DNA of 64,000 nt from an uncultured Phycisphaerales bacterium (GTDB lineage: Bacteria > Planctomycetota > Phycisphaerae > Tepidisphaerales > Tepidisphaeraceae). The stretch spans positions 4,384,001 to 4,448,000 of the forward strand of contig CAVWVQ010000003.1 in the NCBI GenBank assembly GCA_963758525.1, given 5' to 3'. How positions within the stretch are numbered: the first letter of the stretch is position 1; every line of letters starts with the position of its first letter. The translations under genes and the position numbers were made by a program. The notes beneath the pieces were generated by a model. That model ran no database searches. It was not told where the DNA came from and saw nothing but the letters and a program-made list of their open reading frames with translations. Of this stretch, positions 31,277 to 41,593 are shown piece after piece.

Positions 31277-32308
31277 CTACACCAGCAGGCGGTCGCGTGT
31301 GCCGGCATAAACGAAGTTGCGAACCATGTCCTTCTCATAAAACTCATGCGGAAAGCCGAGGGCGATTCGGCTCGCGTCGTCCAGCGCATGAATTTGATCC
31401 GGCGAGAGTTTGATTTCGATCGCTCCGAGATTGTCGTGCAGTTGATTGATCTTCTTCGCGCCGATGATCGAGATGATCGGCTGCGAGCGCTGGTTGAGCC
31501 AAGCGAGGGCGATTTGTGCCGGGCTCTTTTCAAGTTGCCTGGCGACTGTCTTCAGCGCGGTCACGATGCGCTCGGAGCGCTGGGATTCGGGCTTGAACTG
31601 GTCCATTCCTTCACGCGACAGACGGCCATCGCTGGCGTCGCCGCCGTGATATTTTCCGCTGAGAACGCCGCCTGCCAGCGGTGACCAGGCAGTGACGCCG
31701 AGATTCAAAGCGGCTGCCATCGGGAGCAGCTCGCGTTCCACAGTGCGCTCGATCAGGCTGTACTCAATCTGCAAGCCGACGAATTTGGTCTGCCCGCGCA
31801 TCTCGGCAATCGTATTCGCCCGGGCGATCCACCAGGCCGGTGCATCGGAAACGCCGGCGTAGAGAATCTTGCCCATGCGCTGCAAATCGTCGAACCCGCG
31901 CATCACTTCTTCCGTCGGCGTGATCTTGTCCCAGATGTGCAGCCAATAGAGGTCGATGTAATCGGTCTTCAGGCGTTTGAGCGACGCGTCGACGGCGGCG
32001 AACATGTTCTTGCGATGATTCCCGCCGGCGTTGGGATCATTTCCTGGCGCCGAGTTCGTGTACTTGGTCGCGAGCACGACCTGGTCGCGATGACCCTGCA
32101 TGAACTCCCCGAGGAAGCTTTCGCTGGTGCCGTTGGTGTACATGTTGGCGGTGTCGACAAAGTTCCCGCCGGCTTCGCGAAAGGCGTCATAGATTTTCTT
32201 CGCTTCACCCTTGGCGGTCCCCCATCCCCAGTCCTCGCCGAAAGTCATGGTGCCGAGACACAACTCCGAAACGCGCAAGCCGCTGTTGCCCAATAGACGG
32301 TATTTCAT
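31277..32308 (-). CDS. Aldo/keto reductase
   Basis: LGNSGLRVSELCLGTMTFG, DTANMY, SLKRLKTDYIDLYWLH, WSPLAGG. Confidence 0.95.
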   Translation of the reverse strand: MKYRLLGNSGLRVSELCLGTMTFGEDWGWGTAKGEAKKIYDAFREAGGNFVDTANMYTNGTSESFLGEFMQGHRDQVVLATKYTNSAPGNDPNAGGNHRKNMFAAVDASLKRLKTDYIDLYWLHIWDKITPTEEVMRGFDDLQRMGKILYAGVSDAPAWWIARANTIAEMRGQTKFVGLQIEYSLIERTVERELLPMAAALNLGVTAWSPLAGGVLSGKYHGGDASDGRLSREGMDQFKPESQRSERIVTALKTVARQLEKSPAQIALAWLNQRSQPIISIIGAKKINQLHDNLGAIEIKLSPDQIHALDDASRIALGFPHEFYEKDMVRNFVYAGTRDRLLV

Positions 32309-32404
32309 TCGAAGCTCCTTCGTGCTTGAAGAAGCATAGGTCTTGAGCGGCCGCTGCGTCTCGCTCCCGTTGGTTTTTCAAGACGGAGGCCGCGGCTCGG
32401 CGCA

Positions 32405-32662
32405 TTACTGCTGTGTTGGGTCTGCGACGGACCGCAGCCAGACGTGAACCATCTCGTCGGTTGGGATTTGTGCCCGGCATTGCCGAACGAGCGGGCGAAG
32501 CTGTTGCACGCTTTGGTGCAATTGTGAGGAAGGGGTCGCCTGCGAGTGGCATTGAGACAGCACGTCGTCGACTAATCCGAGCAGCGGATTCAAATCCCGC
32601 AGCCATGCTCGAATGAGGCTCGACAAGTGCTTTTCGTTTGTTTCAGGCTCCTGTTCCTTCAT
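32405..32662 (-). CDS. Hypothetical protein
   Basis: 85-aa ORF filling the gap; no recognised motif. Confidence 0.35.
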   Translation of the reverse strand: MKEQEPETNEKHLSSLIRAWLRDLNPLLGLVDDVLSQCHSQATPSSQLHQSVQQLRPLVRQCRAQIPTDEMVHVWLRSVADPTQQ

Positions 32663-32889
32663 CGCTGTTCACTCGGCTTGCTGTCTGTCGTGCGTTGCGC
32701 TTCGCTGATTCGTCAGCGAGTCGCGGCGGGTACTCATTGCATTGGATCGGCGAACCAGAAGGGCAGGTAGATAGGGATAAACGCCCATGCTCGATGAATC
32801 ATTGATGTGGTTTACTTTCGAGAGTGCGACGATCGGATCGTACTTCTGAGACATGCCGGCGTGCGACCTTGCGAAAAGGTGCTCAAAAC

Positions 32890-32921
32890 ACAACCGCCCG
32901 GCACGCATGCCGGGCGGTTGT
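32890..32921 (-). terminator. Hairpin terminator downstream of tRNA-Leu
   Basis: ACAACCGCCCGGCA-CGCA-TGCCGGGCGGTTGT stem followed on the minus strand by GTTTT. Confidence 0.7.
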
Positions 32922-32942
32922 CTTCACTCGAATTGACTTCAC

Positions 32943-33025
32943 TGCGGCCGACAGGAGTTGAACCTGCACACCTTGTGAGTACTAGAACCTGAATCTAGCG
33001 CGTCTGCCAATTCCGCCACGGCCGC
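32943..33025 (-). tRNA. tRNA-Leu, anticodon CAG, no encoded CCA
   Basis: GCGGCCG acceptor stem, GGCGGAATTGGCAGACGC D-arm, CTAGA-TTCAGGT-TCTAG anticodon arm, long variable arm, GGTTCAACTCC T-loop. Confidence 0.96.
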
Positions 33026-33037
33026 GAACGATCAGAC

Positions 33038-33065
33038 ATCCTAGAGAGGGATCGGTTTCAGTCAA
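33038..33065 (-). promoter_or_regulatory. Putative sigma70 promoter of tRNA-Leu
   Basis: TTGACT-N16-TAGGAT ending 12 nt upstream of the tRNA. Confidence 0.55.
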
Positions 33066-33080
33066 GATGAGTCACTCGTC

Positions 33081-34394
33081 CTACGCATCGGTCGATCTGC
33101 TTGCCAGCAGCAGCGCGAGCTTCAATGCCTCTTCCGAATTGACGACGCTGCCTTCGAGTTGGGCGTCATACACCGCGTCGAGCAATTCGCGAAACTGCGG
33201 ACCTGGGGTGAGCCCCGCGGAGGTCAGCATATCCCCATCAAGCAGTGGCGGAGGCGCTACATCTTCGAGCTCCAGTCGCGAAAGCTGCTCACGCAGCCAG
33301 TTTGCTCGCGCGACAAACTGGGGTGGCGCATCGATCGCGTCCAGCAGCGCTCGAGACCATTTAGCCTCAGCTCCGGCCAAAAACCGCTTCATCGTCGCCA
33401 CTCGTGGCTCGGTGACGTTCAATAAGCGCGTCAAGCCCGACAGCGTTTGCCGCATTCCCTCAGTTTCGTCGTTGCTGATCTTCAGCGATTTTCTCATCGC
33501 ATGCACCGAGGCGCTGACGCGTGGAGGGTCGAATAAAACCCTGGGATCCATCTCGCGCCCGCCTTTTTTCAACTGGTAACAGACCGCTGCGAAGGCCAGG
33601 GCCGCGCCGAAGGGAATGAGCCGTCCCGGCGCGACGCGGGGAAAGAGAAAGTTCGAGGCATCGGGCATGGGCTCGGTGCCGACCGGAAGGAAACGAAAAA
33701 TCTCCCGCGTCAGTTGCAGCCTCCAGAGAAGCAACCACGCGGCGGAGCGCGTCCCGGTCGTCAGCATCATCCGAAGCTCTTCGCCGATCCGTTCCGGGCT
33801 GATGCGGCGAAGCTGAGCCGCGTGGGTTTGAATCGCCTGGGCGGTTGCAGTCTCGATCTCGAATCCCAGCCGCGCGGAGAGGCGCACCGCCCGAAGGAGC
33901 CGGAGGCTATCCTCATCAAATCGGTCGGATGGCGATCCGATGGCACGAAGCAGTTTTGCATTGAGATCCGCTACGCCCCCGACATGATCGATCACTTGAT
34001 CCGTCACCGGGTCAAAGAACAGGCCATTGATGGTGAAGTCACGCCGCCGGGCATCTTCCTCGGCCGTCGTGAAACGCACTTCGGAGGGGTGTCGGCCGTC
34101 GAGGTATTTTCCGTCGGTGCGGAAAGTAGCAACTTCAACGACGCTGCCGCCGGTGCGAACGAGAACAACGCCAAACGCCGCTCCAACCGACTGGCTGTTG
34201 CGAAACAACTCGCGAACGCGATTGGGCGGCGCGTCGGTTGCGACATCATAATCCTTGGGCGTCTTGCCGAGCAGCAGATCGCGCACGCACCCGCCGGCAA
34301 AATATGCGATGTGGCCGGACTCCCGAAGCCTTAGAACAACCGCCATCGCATCCGTGCGATCGGACGGCTGACGTTTAGGAAGCTCCTCGGCCAT
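33081..34394 (-). CDS. CCA tRNA nucleotidyltransferase / poly(A) polymerase family
   Basis: AGGCVRDLLLG, KDYDVAT, EVATFR, DARRRDFTIN, FDEDSLRLLRAVR, ISPERI. Confidence 0.92.
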   Translation of the reverse strand: MAEELPKRQPSDRTDAMAVVLRLRESGHIAYFAGGCVRDLLLGKTPKDYDVATDAPPNRVRELFRNSQSVGAAFGVVLVRTGGSVVEVATFRTDGKYLDGRHPSEVRFTTAEEDARRRDFTINGLFFDPVTDQVIDHVGGVADLNAKLLRAIGSPSDRFDEDSLRLLRAVRLSARLGFEIETATAQAIQTHAAQLRRISPERIGEELRMMLTTGTRSAAWLLLWRLQLTREIFRFLPVGTEPMPDASNFLFPRVAPGRLIPFGAALAFAAVCYQLKKGGREMDPRVLFDPPRVSASVHAMRKSLKISNDETEGMRQTLSGLTRLLNVTEPRVATMKRFLAGAEAKWSRALLDAIDAPPQFVARANWLREQLSRLELEDVAPPPLLDGDMLTSAGLTPGPQFRELLDAVYDAQLEGSVVNSEEALKLALLLASRSTDA

Positions 34395-34466
34395 TCTTGC
34401 GAGAATTGAACCGCCATTCGGACGGAACGCAAATACCGCGCGGCCGAAAGCACGTCCTGAACGTCC

Positions 34467-34526
34467 TAGGCTCTGTCTGAAAACCCTAAGCCGTCGTGAG
34501 GACTTAGGGTTTTCAGACAGAGCCTA
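34467..34526. mobile_element. 60-bp miniature inverted-repeat element (MITE-like)
   Basis: Perfect 24-bp inverted repeat TAGGCTCTGTCTGAAAACCCTAAG / CTTAGGGTTTTCAGACAGAGCCTA with 12-nt centre; mobile origin is inference. Confidence 0.55.
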
Positions 34527-35801
34527 ACAGATTTCCTGGGGAATGGTCCGCCTGACTGCGGGCTCCTTTGCGGGCAGGCGAACGCGGAACGTGCTGCCGC
34601 TGCCGACGTGCGATTCAAATTCGATCTTGCCGCCGTGTTGTCTCACAATGCCGTAGCTGATGCTTAGACCCAGTCCCGTCCCTTCGCCGATGGCCTTGGT
34701 CGTGAAAAACGGATCAAAGATGCGATGACGGATTTTGGGGTCGATTCCGCAGCCGGTATCGGTCACTTCCACGCACGTTCCGTCCTGATCCTGGCGTGTC
34801 ACGATGTCCACGGCCGCGCCCCGCGGCGAGGCATCGATCGCGTTGGAGAGGAGATTCAAGAAGACCTGGTTCATCCGGTCGGGGAAGCAGGGCACTTGCG
34901 GCAGGGGGTTGAGATGCATGGTGATCTCGACTTGCTTCTCCGCCGCGCGATGTCGAAGCATGCTGACGCTCGATTCGATGCCGGCATTGAGATCGACGTT
35001 GTGGAAGTCGTTTTGATCGAGTCGGACAAACTCGCGAAGGTCCTGCACGATCTGCTGGATGCGCCGCAATCCTTCGCCGGATCGCAGCAGCATTTCCTGC
35101 AGGTTCTCCAGCGTATAGGGAAGGTCTATTCGTTCGATGAAATCGTCGATTTCCCGCCGCAGTTGCGGATTGGTTTCTGCAATCGTCCGATCGCAGCGCT
35201 GATAGAGCGCGATCAGCCCTCGAATCGCACCGAGGTCTCGCCGCACCACCGCATTGTTATTGATGACAAACGCAAGCGGGTTATTGATCTCATGCGCCAC
35301 CCCGGCCGCGAGCTGGCCGACGCTCGCGAGCTTCTCATTTTGCAGCATCGCCACGTGCGTCGTCGCCAGCAATTGCGACTGAGCCTGAAGCAGCACCCGC
35401 ATGTCGAGCAACGCGACGCGTGCGTCGTCCCACTCGACGAGCACCGGCTCGTAGGCCGCGGCGTGCGGCCGCTGCAGCGCCGCACTTGCCGCGTCGTTGA
35501 TCGAGCAAGATGCCGGCAGAAGGAGCGGGTCGGGGCAGCGCGAGCGAACGAAAATAGAAATCGGCCGACCGAGGTAGACTTCCCGGCTGTACTGGATGCT
35601 CAGTTCCTGGAAAAACGTCTGCCGCGATACAACGGTCGGGCGATTTCCAAATCGCAGAACGATCACGCCCGGAAGGTCCGGGTTCTGCTGGAGAGCCGAG
35701 ACGATCTGCGAGCCGAGTGTGCTTTCGTCAAACTGCTCCGAATGCGCCGGCAATTCAGCCAGCGTCGCCCCCGGGCCGATATGCGAAAGTTCAAGCGACA
35801 T
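34524..35801 (-). CDS. Cytoplasmic sensor histidine kinase (NtrB-like core, CBS-like N-terminus)
   Basis: EKLASVGQLAAGVAHEINNPL, QVFLNLLSNAIDA, DTGCGI, FDPFFTTK, GTGLGL. Confidence 0.92.
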   Translation of the reverse strand: MSLELSHIGPGATLAELPAHSEQFDESTLGSQIVSALQQNPDLPGVIVLRFGNRPTVVSRQTFFQELSIQYSREVYLGRPISIFVRSRCPDPLLLPASCSINDAASAALQRPHAAAYEPVLVEWDDARVALLDMRVLLQAQSQLLATTHVAMLQNEKLASVGQLAAGVAHEINNPLAFVINNNAVVRRDLGAIRGLIALYQRCDRTIAETNPQLRREIDDFIERIDLPYTLENLQEMLLRSGEGLRRIQQIVQDLREFVRLDQNDFHNVDLNAGIESSVSMLRHRAAEKQVEITMHLNPLPQVPCFPDRMNQVFLNLLSNAIDASPRGAAVDIVTRQDQDGTCVEVTDTGCGIDPKIRHRIFDPFFTTKAIGEGTGLGLSISYGIVRQHGGKIEFESHVGSGSTFRVRLPAKEPAVRRTIPQEIC

Positions 35802-35920
35802 CGAGATGGTGTTCGGGACAGCCAGTTTCCCATTGTCGTCCCCTATCGGAACATCGCGCTAAGACTCGATGAAGCTCGCGCGAAGGCGGGTGGGTCTGCG
35901 GGCAATGGCATCGCCCAATT

Positions 35921-35974
35921 GTGGTGCAGGCTTCCAGCCTGCCATCTGGGAAGCAGGTTGGAAGCCTGCACCAC
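35921..35974. repeat. GTGG-type REP doublet
   Basis: Near-identical to 29473-29525. Confidence 0.88.
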
Positions 35975-36222
35975 AATACGCCCGCGATCCCTCGCCTTGC
36001 CGGCTTGGCTGTCCTAATATAGGTGCAGCGAGCCTGTTTGCGCCGATAAGTAGCAAACCCGCAGCGCGCTCCGAGCGTTGTGTAATAGAAGCTTTGCTAG
36101 TATCTTACGCACCCCCGTCCAGGCGTCAGCACCCGTTTAATCGGCCTAACTCCCGGCAAAGACTGGCTTTGCGTGGTGGCGAGCAGTCTTGGTTGACCGG
36201 TGCGGGAATTTCGAGACCTATT

Positions 36223-38077
36223 ATGAATTCAGTGCGAAACGACATCCGAAACGTTGCAATCATCGCTCACGTCGACCATGGGAAGACGACGCTGGTGGAT
36301 GCCCTTCTCCGGCAAAGCGGGAATTTCCGCGACAGCCAGCTCACCCAGGAGTGTCTGCTGGACAGCAATCCCCTCGAGCGTGAACGCGGCATCACCATTC
36401 TCGCGAAAAATGTCTCGATCAATTACACCGACCCGACCGGCACGACGACCAAGATCAACCTGATCGATACGCCGGGCCACGCCGACTTTGGCGGCGAAGT
36501 CGAGCGCGTGCTGTCGATGGCCGACGGAGTCTTCCTGCTGGTCGATGCGGCCGAGGGACCGATGCCGCAGACGCGCTTCGTCCTCAAGAAGGCGTTTCAG
36601 CACGAGCTGCGGCCGATCGTGGTCCTCAACAAGATCGACCGTCAGGACGCCCGTGCACATGAAGTGCTCGACGAAGTCTTCGAGCTGTTCATGGAACTCG
36701 GAGCCGACGACGAGACCCTCGACTTCCCCGTGCTCTACGCCAGCGGCCGGGCAGGCACCGCATCGTGGAGCCTGGAGCAGCCGGGTACGGATATTATCCC
36801 GGTTTTCGAGGCGCTGCTGAAGCATGTGCCGGCGCCGCATGGCGATCCGGAAAAATCGCTTCAGATGCGCATCACCAGCATTCAGTACAACGATTACGTC
36901 GGGCGAATCGGCATCGGCCGCATCTCCAATGGTCGCATCAAGACCGGTCAGCAGGTCAAGGTCGTTGACCGCGAAGGCAAGCAGACTCCTTCCAAGGTTG
37001 CCCAGGTGCAGGTGTTTGACGGCCTGGGGCGCAAGGACGTTGAAGGGGCCGAAGCCGGCGACATCATCGCGCTGGTCGGGCTGGAGACAGTCGACATCAG
37101 CGACAGCATCTGCGACCCGATCAATCCGCAACCGCTCGAGGCGGAAGATGTTGAGCCGCCAACGCTCACCATGATGTTCAGCGTCAACGACTCCCCGTTT
37201 GTCGGCAAGGAAGGCAAGTACGTCACCAGCCGAAACCTGCGCGAACGCCTCTTCAAGGAACTGGAGAGCAACGTTGCCCTCAAGGTTGAAGAAACCGACA
37301 AGAAAGACGCATTCCGCGTTTCCGGCCGTGGCTTGCTGCACCTGGGCATTCTCATCGAGAACATGCGCCGCGAAGGGTATGAGCTATCGATCAGCAAGCC
37401 CAACGTCATCATGCGCAAGGGCGAAGACGGGCAGTTGCAGGAGCCGATCGAGTATCTCGTGATCGACGTGCCCGAGAAAAATCTCGGCGGCGTGATGGGG
37501 CTGGTCGGCAACCGCCGGGGCGAACTGGTCCGCCAGGACACCCGCAATGGACAGGTTCATCTTGAGTTCACCATCCCGGCGCACGGCCTGATCGGCCTGC
37601 GGACCCGCATGCTCACGGCCACGCAGGGGCAGGCGATCATGCACCATAACTTCCACGAGTATGCCGCCGCCCGCGGCGAGATTCCCACGCGCACCAACGG
37701 AGTCATGATCGCCAACTCGAACGGCGTCGTAAACGCCTACTCCCTCAACACCCTCCAGGACCGCGGCGTGATGTTCGTTGAACCAACGGAAGACTGCTAT
37801 GAGGGCCAGGTCATTGCCGAGCACTGCCGGCCCGACGACGTTGTCGTGAACCCGACCAAGGCCAAGCAGCTTTCCAACATGCGTACGACGTCGAGCGATG
37901 AGAACATCATCCTCAAGCCCGCGCAAGATGACGCTTGAGCAGGCCCTCGAATATATTGAGGAAGACGAGCTGGTGGAGGCAACGCCGAAGAACATTCGTC
38001 TGCGCAAGCACAAGCTCACCGAAAATGACCGCAAGCGTGCGAGCCGCGGCAAGTCGGTACAGACAGTTGGAGTTTGA
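36223..38077 (+). CDS. typA: Translational GTPase TypA/BipA; frameshift near 37922
   Basis: [41 protein letters not shown]; shifted frame [27 protein letters not shown] to TGA 38075-38077. Confidence 0.96.
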
Positions 38078-38084
38078 ACCCCAA

Positions 38085-39152
38085 CTACGGCACCTCCCAC
38101 CTGACGATGGCGATTTCTTCCTTCGCGTCTGTCGATTTCCACGCGAAGAGTGAGCGCGTTTTTGCGGAAAATACCAGACCGTTAGGCTGGAAGGGGATCG
38201 GATCGCCGAGCCTTTGCCAGGTGGCAGCGCCGTCGGTGGAGACTTCCAGTTGCGCGTCGACGGCGGCAACCAGTTTGCCGCCGGGAAGCTCGATGGGATT
38301 CATCTTCACCGGACCCGGCAACGCGACCCATGTCTTTCCCTCATCAGTGCTCTTGATCAGCCCGTGGTTCCAAAGCGTTTGCCAATAAATGCATCCATCG
38401 GAGGCAACCAGTGCTGGCCCGCTGGGCCCGGCGTCCGACACCTTCGCGAAAGTCGCGCCGCCATCGGTCGTGCGAAACGTTCCAAACTCCAGCAGCTTTG
38501 CGCCGTCGCGCTTCCATCCCGCGGCGTTGGCGATGTATGTTCTCGCATCGAAGACCAGCACGTCATTGGAAATATTGGTTTTCTCCGGCAGCTTGTCGCC
38601 GATTTTTTTCCAGGTCTGTCCGCCATCGGTGGATCGATGAAGACTCCGCGTCTGGTCGTGCAGGCCGACGACGAGCGTTTTGCGCTGATCGTCGGTGAAA
38701 TCGATTCCCAGCCCATCGACGTTCTCGATCGTTCCCAGCCGGTGAAACGAAATGCCCCCGTCGTCGGTGCGGAACACGCCCGCGCCGTTGCTGCCGCTCT
38801 CCCAGAAGCTGCGCGGATTCTTGGGGTCGAAAAGGATCTGATAGGGATGATTCGCAATCGGCGTCGCGTCCTTGGCGCCTAGCTTGGTCCAGGTTCGCCC
38901 GCTGTCGGCAGTCGCCCACAGCCCGCTTTCGCTCACCCCTGCGATGACGATTTCGCTGCCCGGCACCGCCGCCATCGCGGTGACTCCGCCAAATCCCCAT
39001 TTGTCGCCGCCGAGGTCATGTGTCACGTTGGTCCAGCGCGTTGCCGCGGCCGGCTCAGTCGTCTGCGCGTGCAGATGCCCGACCGTTGCCGCGAACAACA
39101 CGGTCAGCGCGGTGATCAGAAACTGTTTTCGTGGAATCATCGGAGAGGACAC
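38085..39152 (-). CDS. Secreted BNR/Asp-box repeat beta-propeller protein
   Basis: Signal peptide; repeated S/TxDxGxT/SW/F motifs (TADSGRTW, TDDGGISF, STDGGQTW, TTDGGATF, STDEGKTW, STDGAATW). Confidence 0.85.
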   Translation of the reverse strand: MSSPMIPRKQFLITALTVLFAATVGHLHAQTTEPAAATRWTNVTHDLGGDKWGFGGVTAMAAVPGSEIVIAGVSESGLWATADSGRTWTKLGAKDATPIANHPYQILFDPKNPRSFWESGSNGAGVFRTDDGGISFHRLGTIENVDGLGIDFTDDQRKTLVVGLHDQTRSLHRSTDGGQTWKKIGDKLPEKTNISNDVLVFDARTYIANAAGWKRDGAKLLEFGTFRTTDGGATFAKVSDAGPSGPALVASDGCIYWQTLWNHGLIKSTDEGKTWVALPGPVKMNPIELPGGKLVAAVDAQLEVSTDGAATWQRLGDPIPFQPNGLVFSAKTRSLFAWKSTDAKEEIAIVRWEVP

Positions 39153-39255
39153 ATCCCGGGAGCGGCTTGGTCGCGCAGGTTATATCAGGTTCGCCTGTCA
39201 CTGTGTAACGGACAAGATCTGACGCGCCTTCCGTCCGCAGAACCGCGCGGGGTCG

Positions 39256-39369
39256 CCCGGGTTAGCCGCGACGCGCAGCGGAGCGCGTATTCGAACGAAA
39301 AGTAGCGTAGTGCAGCCTCGCGCAATCCCCAAAAATACGCGCTCCGCTGCGCGTCGCGGCTAACCCGGG
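39256..39369. repeat. Perfect 36-bp inverted repeat (TTAGCCGCG family)
   Basis: CCCGGGTTAGCCGCGACGCGCAGCGGAGCGCGTATT and its exact complement; related element at 52053. Confidence 0.9.
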
Positions 39370-39391
39370 GACTGTCCTTGGAGTAATCGTC

Positions 39392-41525
39392 TCAGTGCTT
39401 TCCTGACCCAAGCCGCGTGGCATACATCGCGCCCCCGACCTCCCGACTCGCTTGAATAAGCTCGGGATACGGATTGCTCACGATGTCAACGAATCCAATC
39501 TGATAGTTCTCCCCATCGTAGACGCGGCCGGTGGTCGGTTCATCCTGATATTGGAACCAGTGGCAGCCGACAATCGCGGGGTTCTTCAACGCGCCACGGA
39601 CGTAATTTGCATAAGCCGCGGCACGCGCAGACTGATTGGCCGTGGGAACCAGACCGGCGTGAAACATTCCCCGGTCAAGCGCACAAAATGAAACTCGCCG
39701 ATCAGCACCGGCACGTCCCCCTCCGGGACCGAGAAAGCGGCTTCGGTCATGGCGTACAGATTAAAACTGACGACGTCGCAGTACTTCACGGCCGCCGACC
39801 GGGCCAGCGGACACGTGGAGGCGAATCGACAGCCCAGGAACAGTTGATGCGGGGCCGCCGCGCACAGCGCATCGCGAACACTGGAGAAATATTGTTCGGC
39901 GATCCGTGAATAAAATGCCGCCAGGTCGGCGTGGGCGAGCTGAAGGTTCGGCTCGTCGCGCGACTGAAGCAGAGCGTCCCAGGATGCGTACGAACCGCTC
40001 CACGCCTGATTGAGCGCCCCGATGTCGCGATATTTTTTCTTCAGGTCGTCGAGAAAAACCCGCTTGGCTGGTTGATCCGCCGGCGATTTTAACGCCGCCA
40101 GCGAGAGCGACGTGTCATCCTGACCCGAGTTGGCCCACGAGAGTTCGTTGCCGACAAAAAAGCCGACGCACCAGGGATCGCCGATGCTCTGGTTCATTTC
40201 CGAGCGAATGCCGCGGGCAAGCTGCCAGCGAAAACTGGGATCGAACGGGTCGGCAAACTTTCCCCAATAACCGGCGCTCCCTTCGATCATCCGGCTTTTG
40301 TCCATGTAGATCTCCGCGACGTACGGCGTCCGCCGCAGCGCGGTCAGTTGCGGATTGCTCCAGTTGCCGATCGTATTGATCCCCCAGCTTCGGAGCCTCT
40401 CACCCGCCAGCCTGATCGAGCCGCGCCGCCAATCGTTGCCGAAGCGTCTCTGGAGATTCGCCTCCTGGAAGGAAAATGTCCTGACGCGCCGGCCGGCGTA
40501 ATGTCCGAGCAGTGGCTCGCCAAATGAAAGACATTGTTTGAATGCAGCCTGATCCCCCGGGAAATCGGCAAACCATTGGTCGCGTTCATCGATGGGAGTC
40601 GAATCGCTCGCATCGACGCAATCGATGCCGTTGGAGAAGAAGAGCTTTCCGTCCGGATCGATGAGCCACCATTTGCCCTGGTATTTCTCAACGCGAAAGA
40701 ACCCGCTGCGCGCGAGCGTAGGACCTGCATTCCATCCTCCAAATCGGTCCCAATTCGTCGGAGCGGGATGCGCGTCCAGATCGGCCTGCTCCACGGCTGC
40801 GCGGGCGTGCAGTTCCGTGAGCGAGTGCGTTTTGCCGGGCCAGTCGCGATGCATGTATTGACCGAAAGTGTCGATGAGCGGGAACAAAACGCCGGGACTC
40901 AGCAGCTTGGGCGCGGTTCCCTCCGCGGCGATGCCAGTGATCTCGAATCCTCCCGGTCGCGTCGGATGGGGGGTAAAGATGACCACATCGCTGACCCTCG
41001 CCGGGTCGAAGGAAACCTTCGACGTGTCGGCCGGATCGATCACTTCATCTCCAAATTCGGCCGGATATCCGCGCATGCCAGAAAGCAATTTCGGCGGCGC
41101 AGGCGCGCCGAGCTTCCCCGCGGCAACGGCACCTGCAGCGTCCCGTGCTCGCCAGGCCGAAGCGCCAAAGAGCCTGTCACACAGTGGTTCAATCCGTCCG
41201 CTCCGGGATTGTCGACCCGGCAGCAGAACATCGCCTCGTCGGTTCCGACATTGGTGAGATTCACCTCGACGCGAAGATAGTGCGAAAGATCGGAATCCGC
41301 GGCGGCGACCGGAAGCGTCACGCCGGGATAGTCGTCGTCCGCGCGGGTGACGAGCCGCAACCCAGCGCCAATGATCTCAACGCGGCAGCCGCGGGCATAC
41401 ATGCCGACGGTGCTGATCGGCAGGGTGCGCGATGGTGGATTCGGATCGATTGCCATCGCCTGCGCGCACGGCAATACCGCGACGAGGCAACAGATGCTGG
41501 TGAGAAGAATTGATCGCCTGAACAC
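39392..41525 (-). CDS. Secreted GH50 beta-agarase-like glycoside hydrolase; frameshifts near 41110 and 39683
   Basis: LIDTFGQY..DWPGK, GKWWLIDPDGKLFFSNG, LRSWGINTIGNWS, GFFVGNEL, IGEFHF(G)ALDRG, GCHWFQYQDEP, DGENYQIG. Confidence 0.85.
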
Positions 41526-41593
41526 CTTGGTCCTTACGCATCAAACCCCGATATACTCTATAGTGACGGCCGCTATTGTCGCGGAGCAACTGC

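Noticed and set aside
29552..32943. Genomic island integrated at the tRNA-Leu 3' end
   Set aside because: No integrase, and I found no duplicate of the tRNA 3' end in the window.
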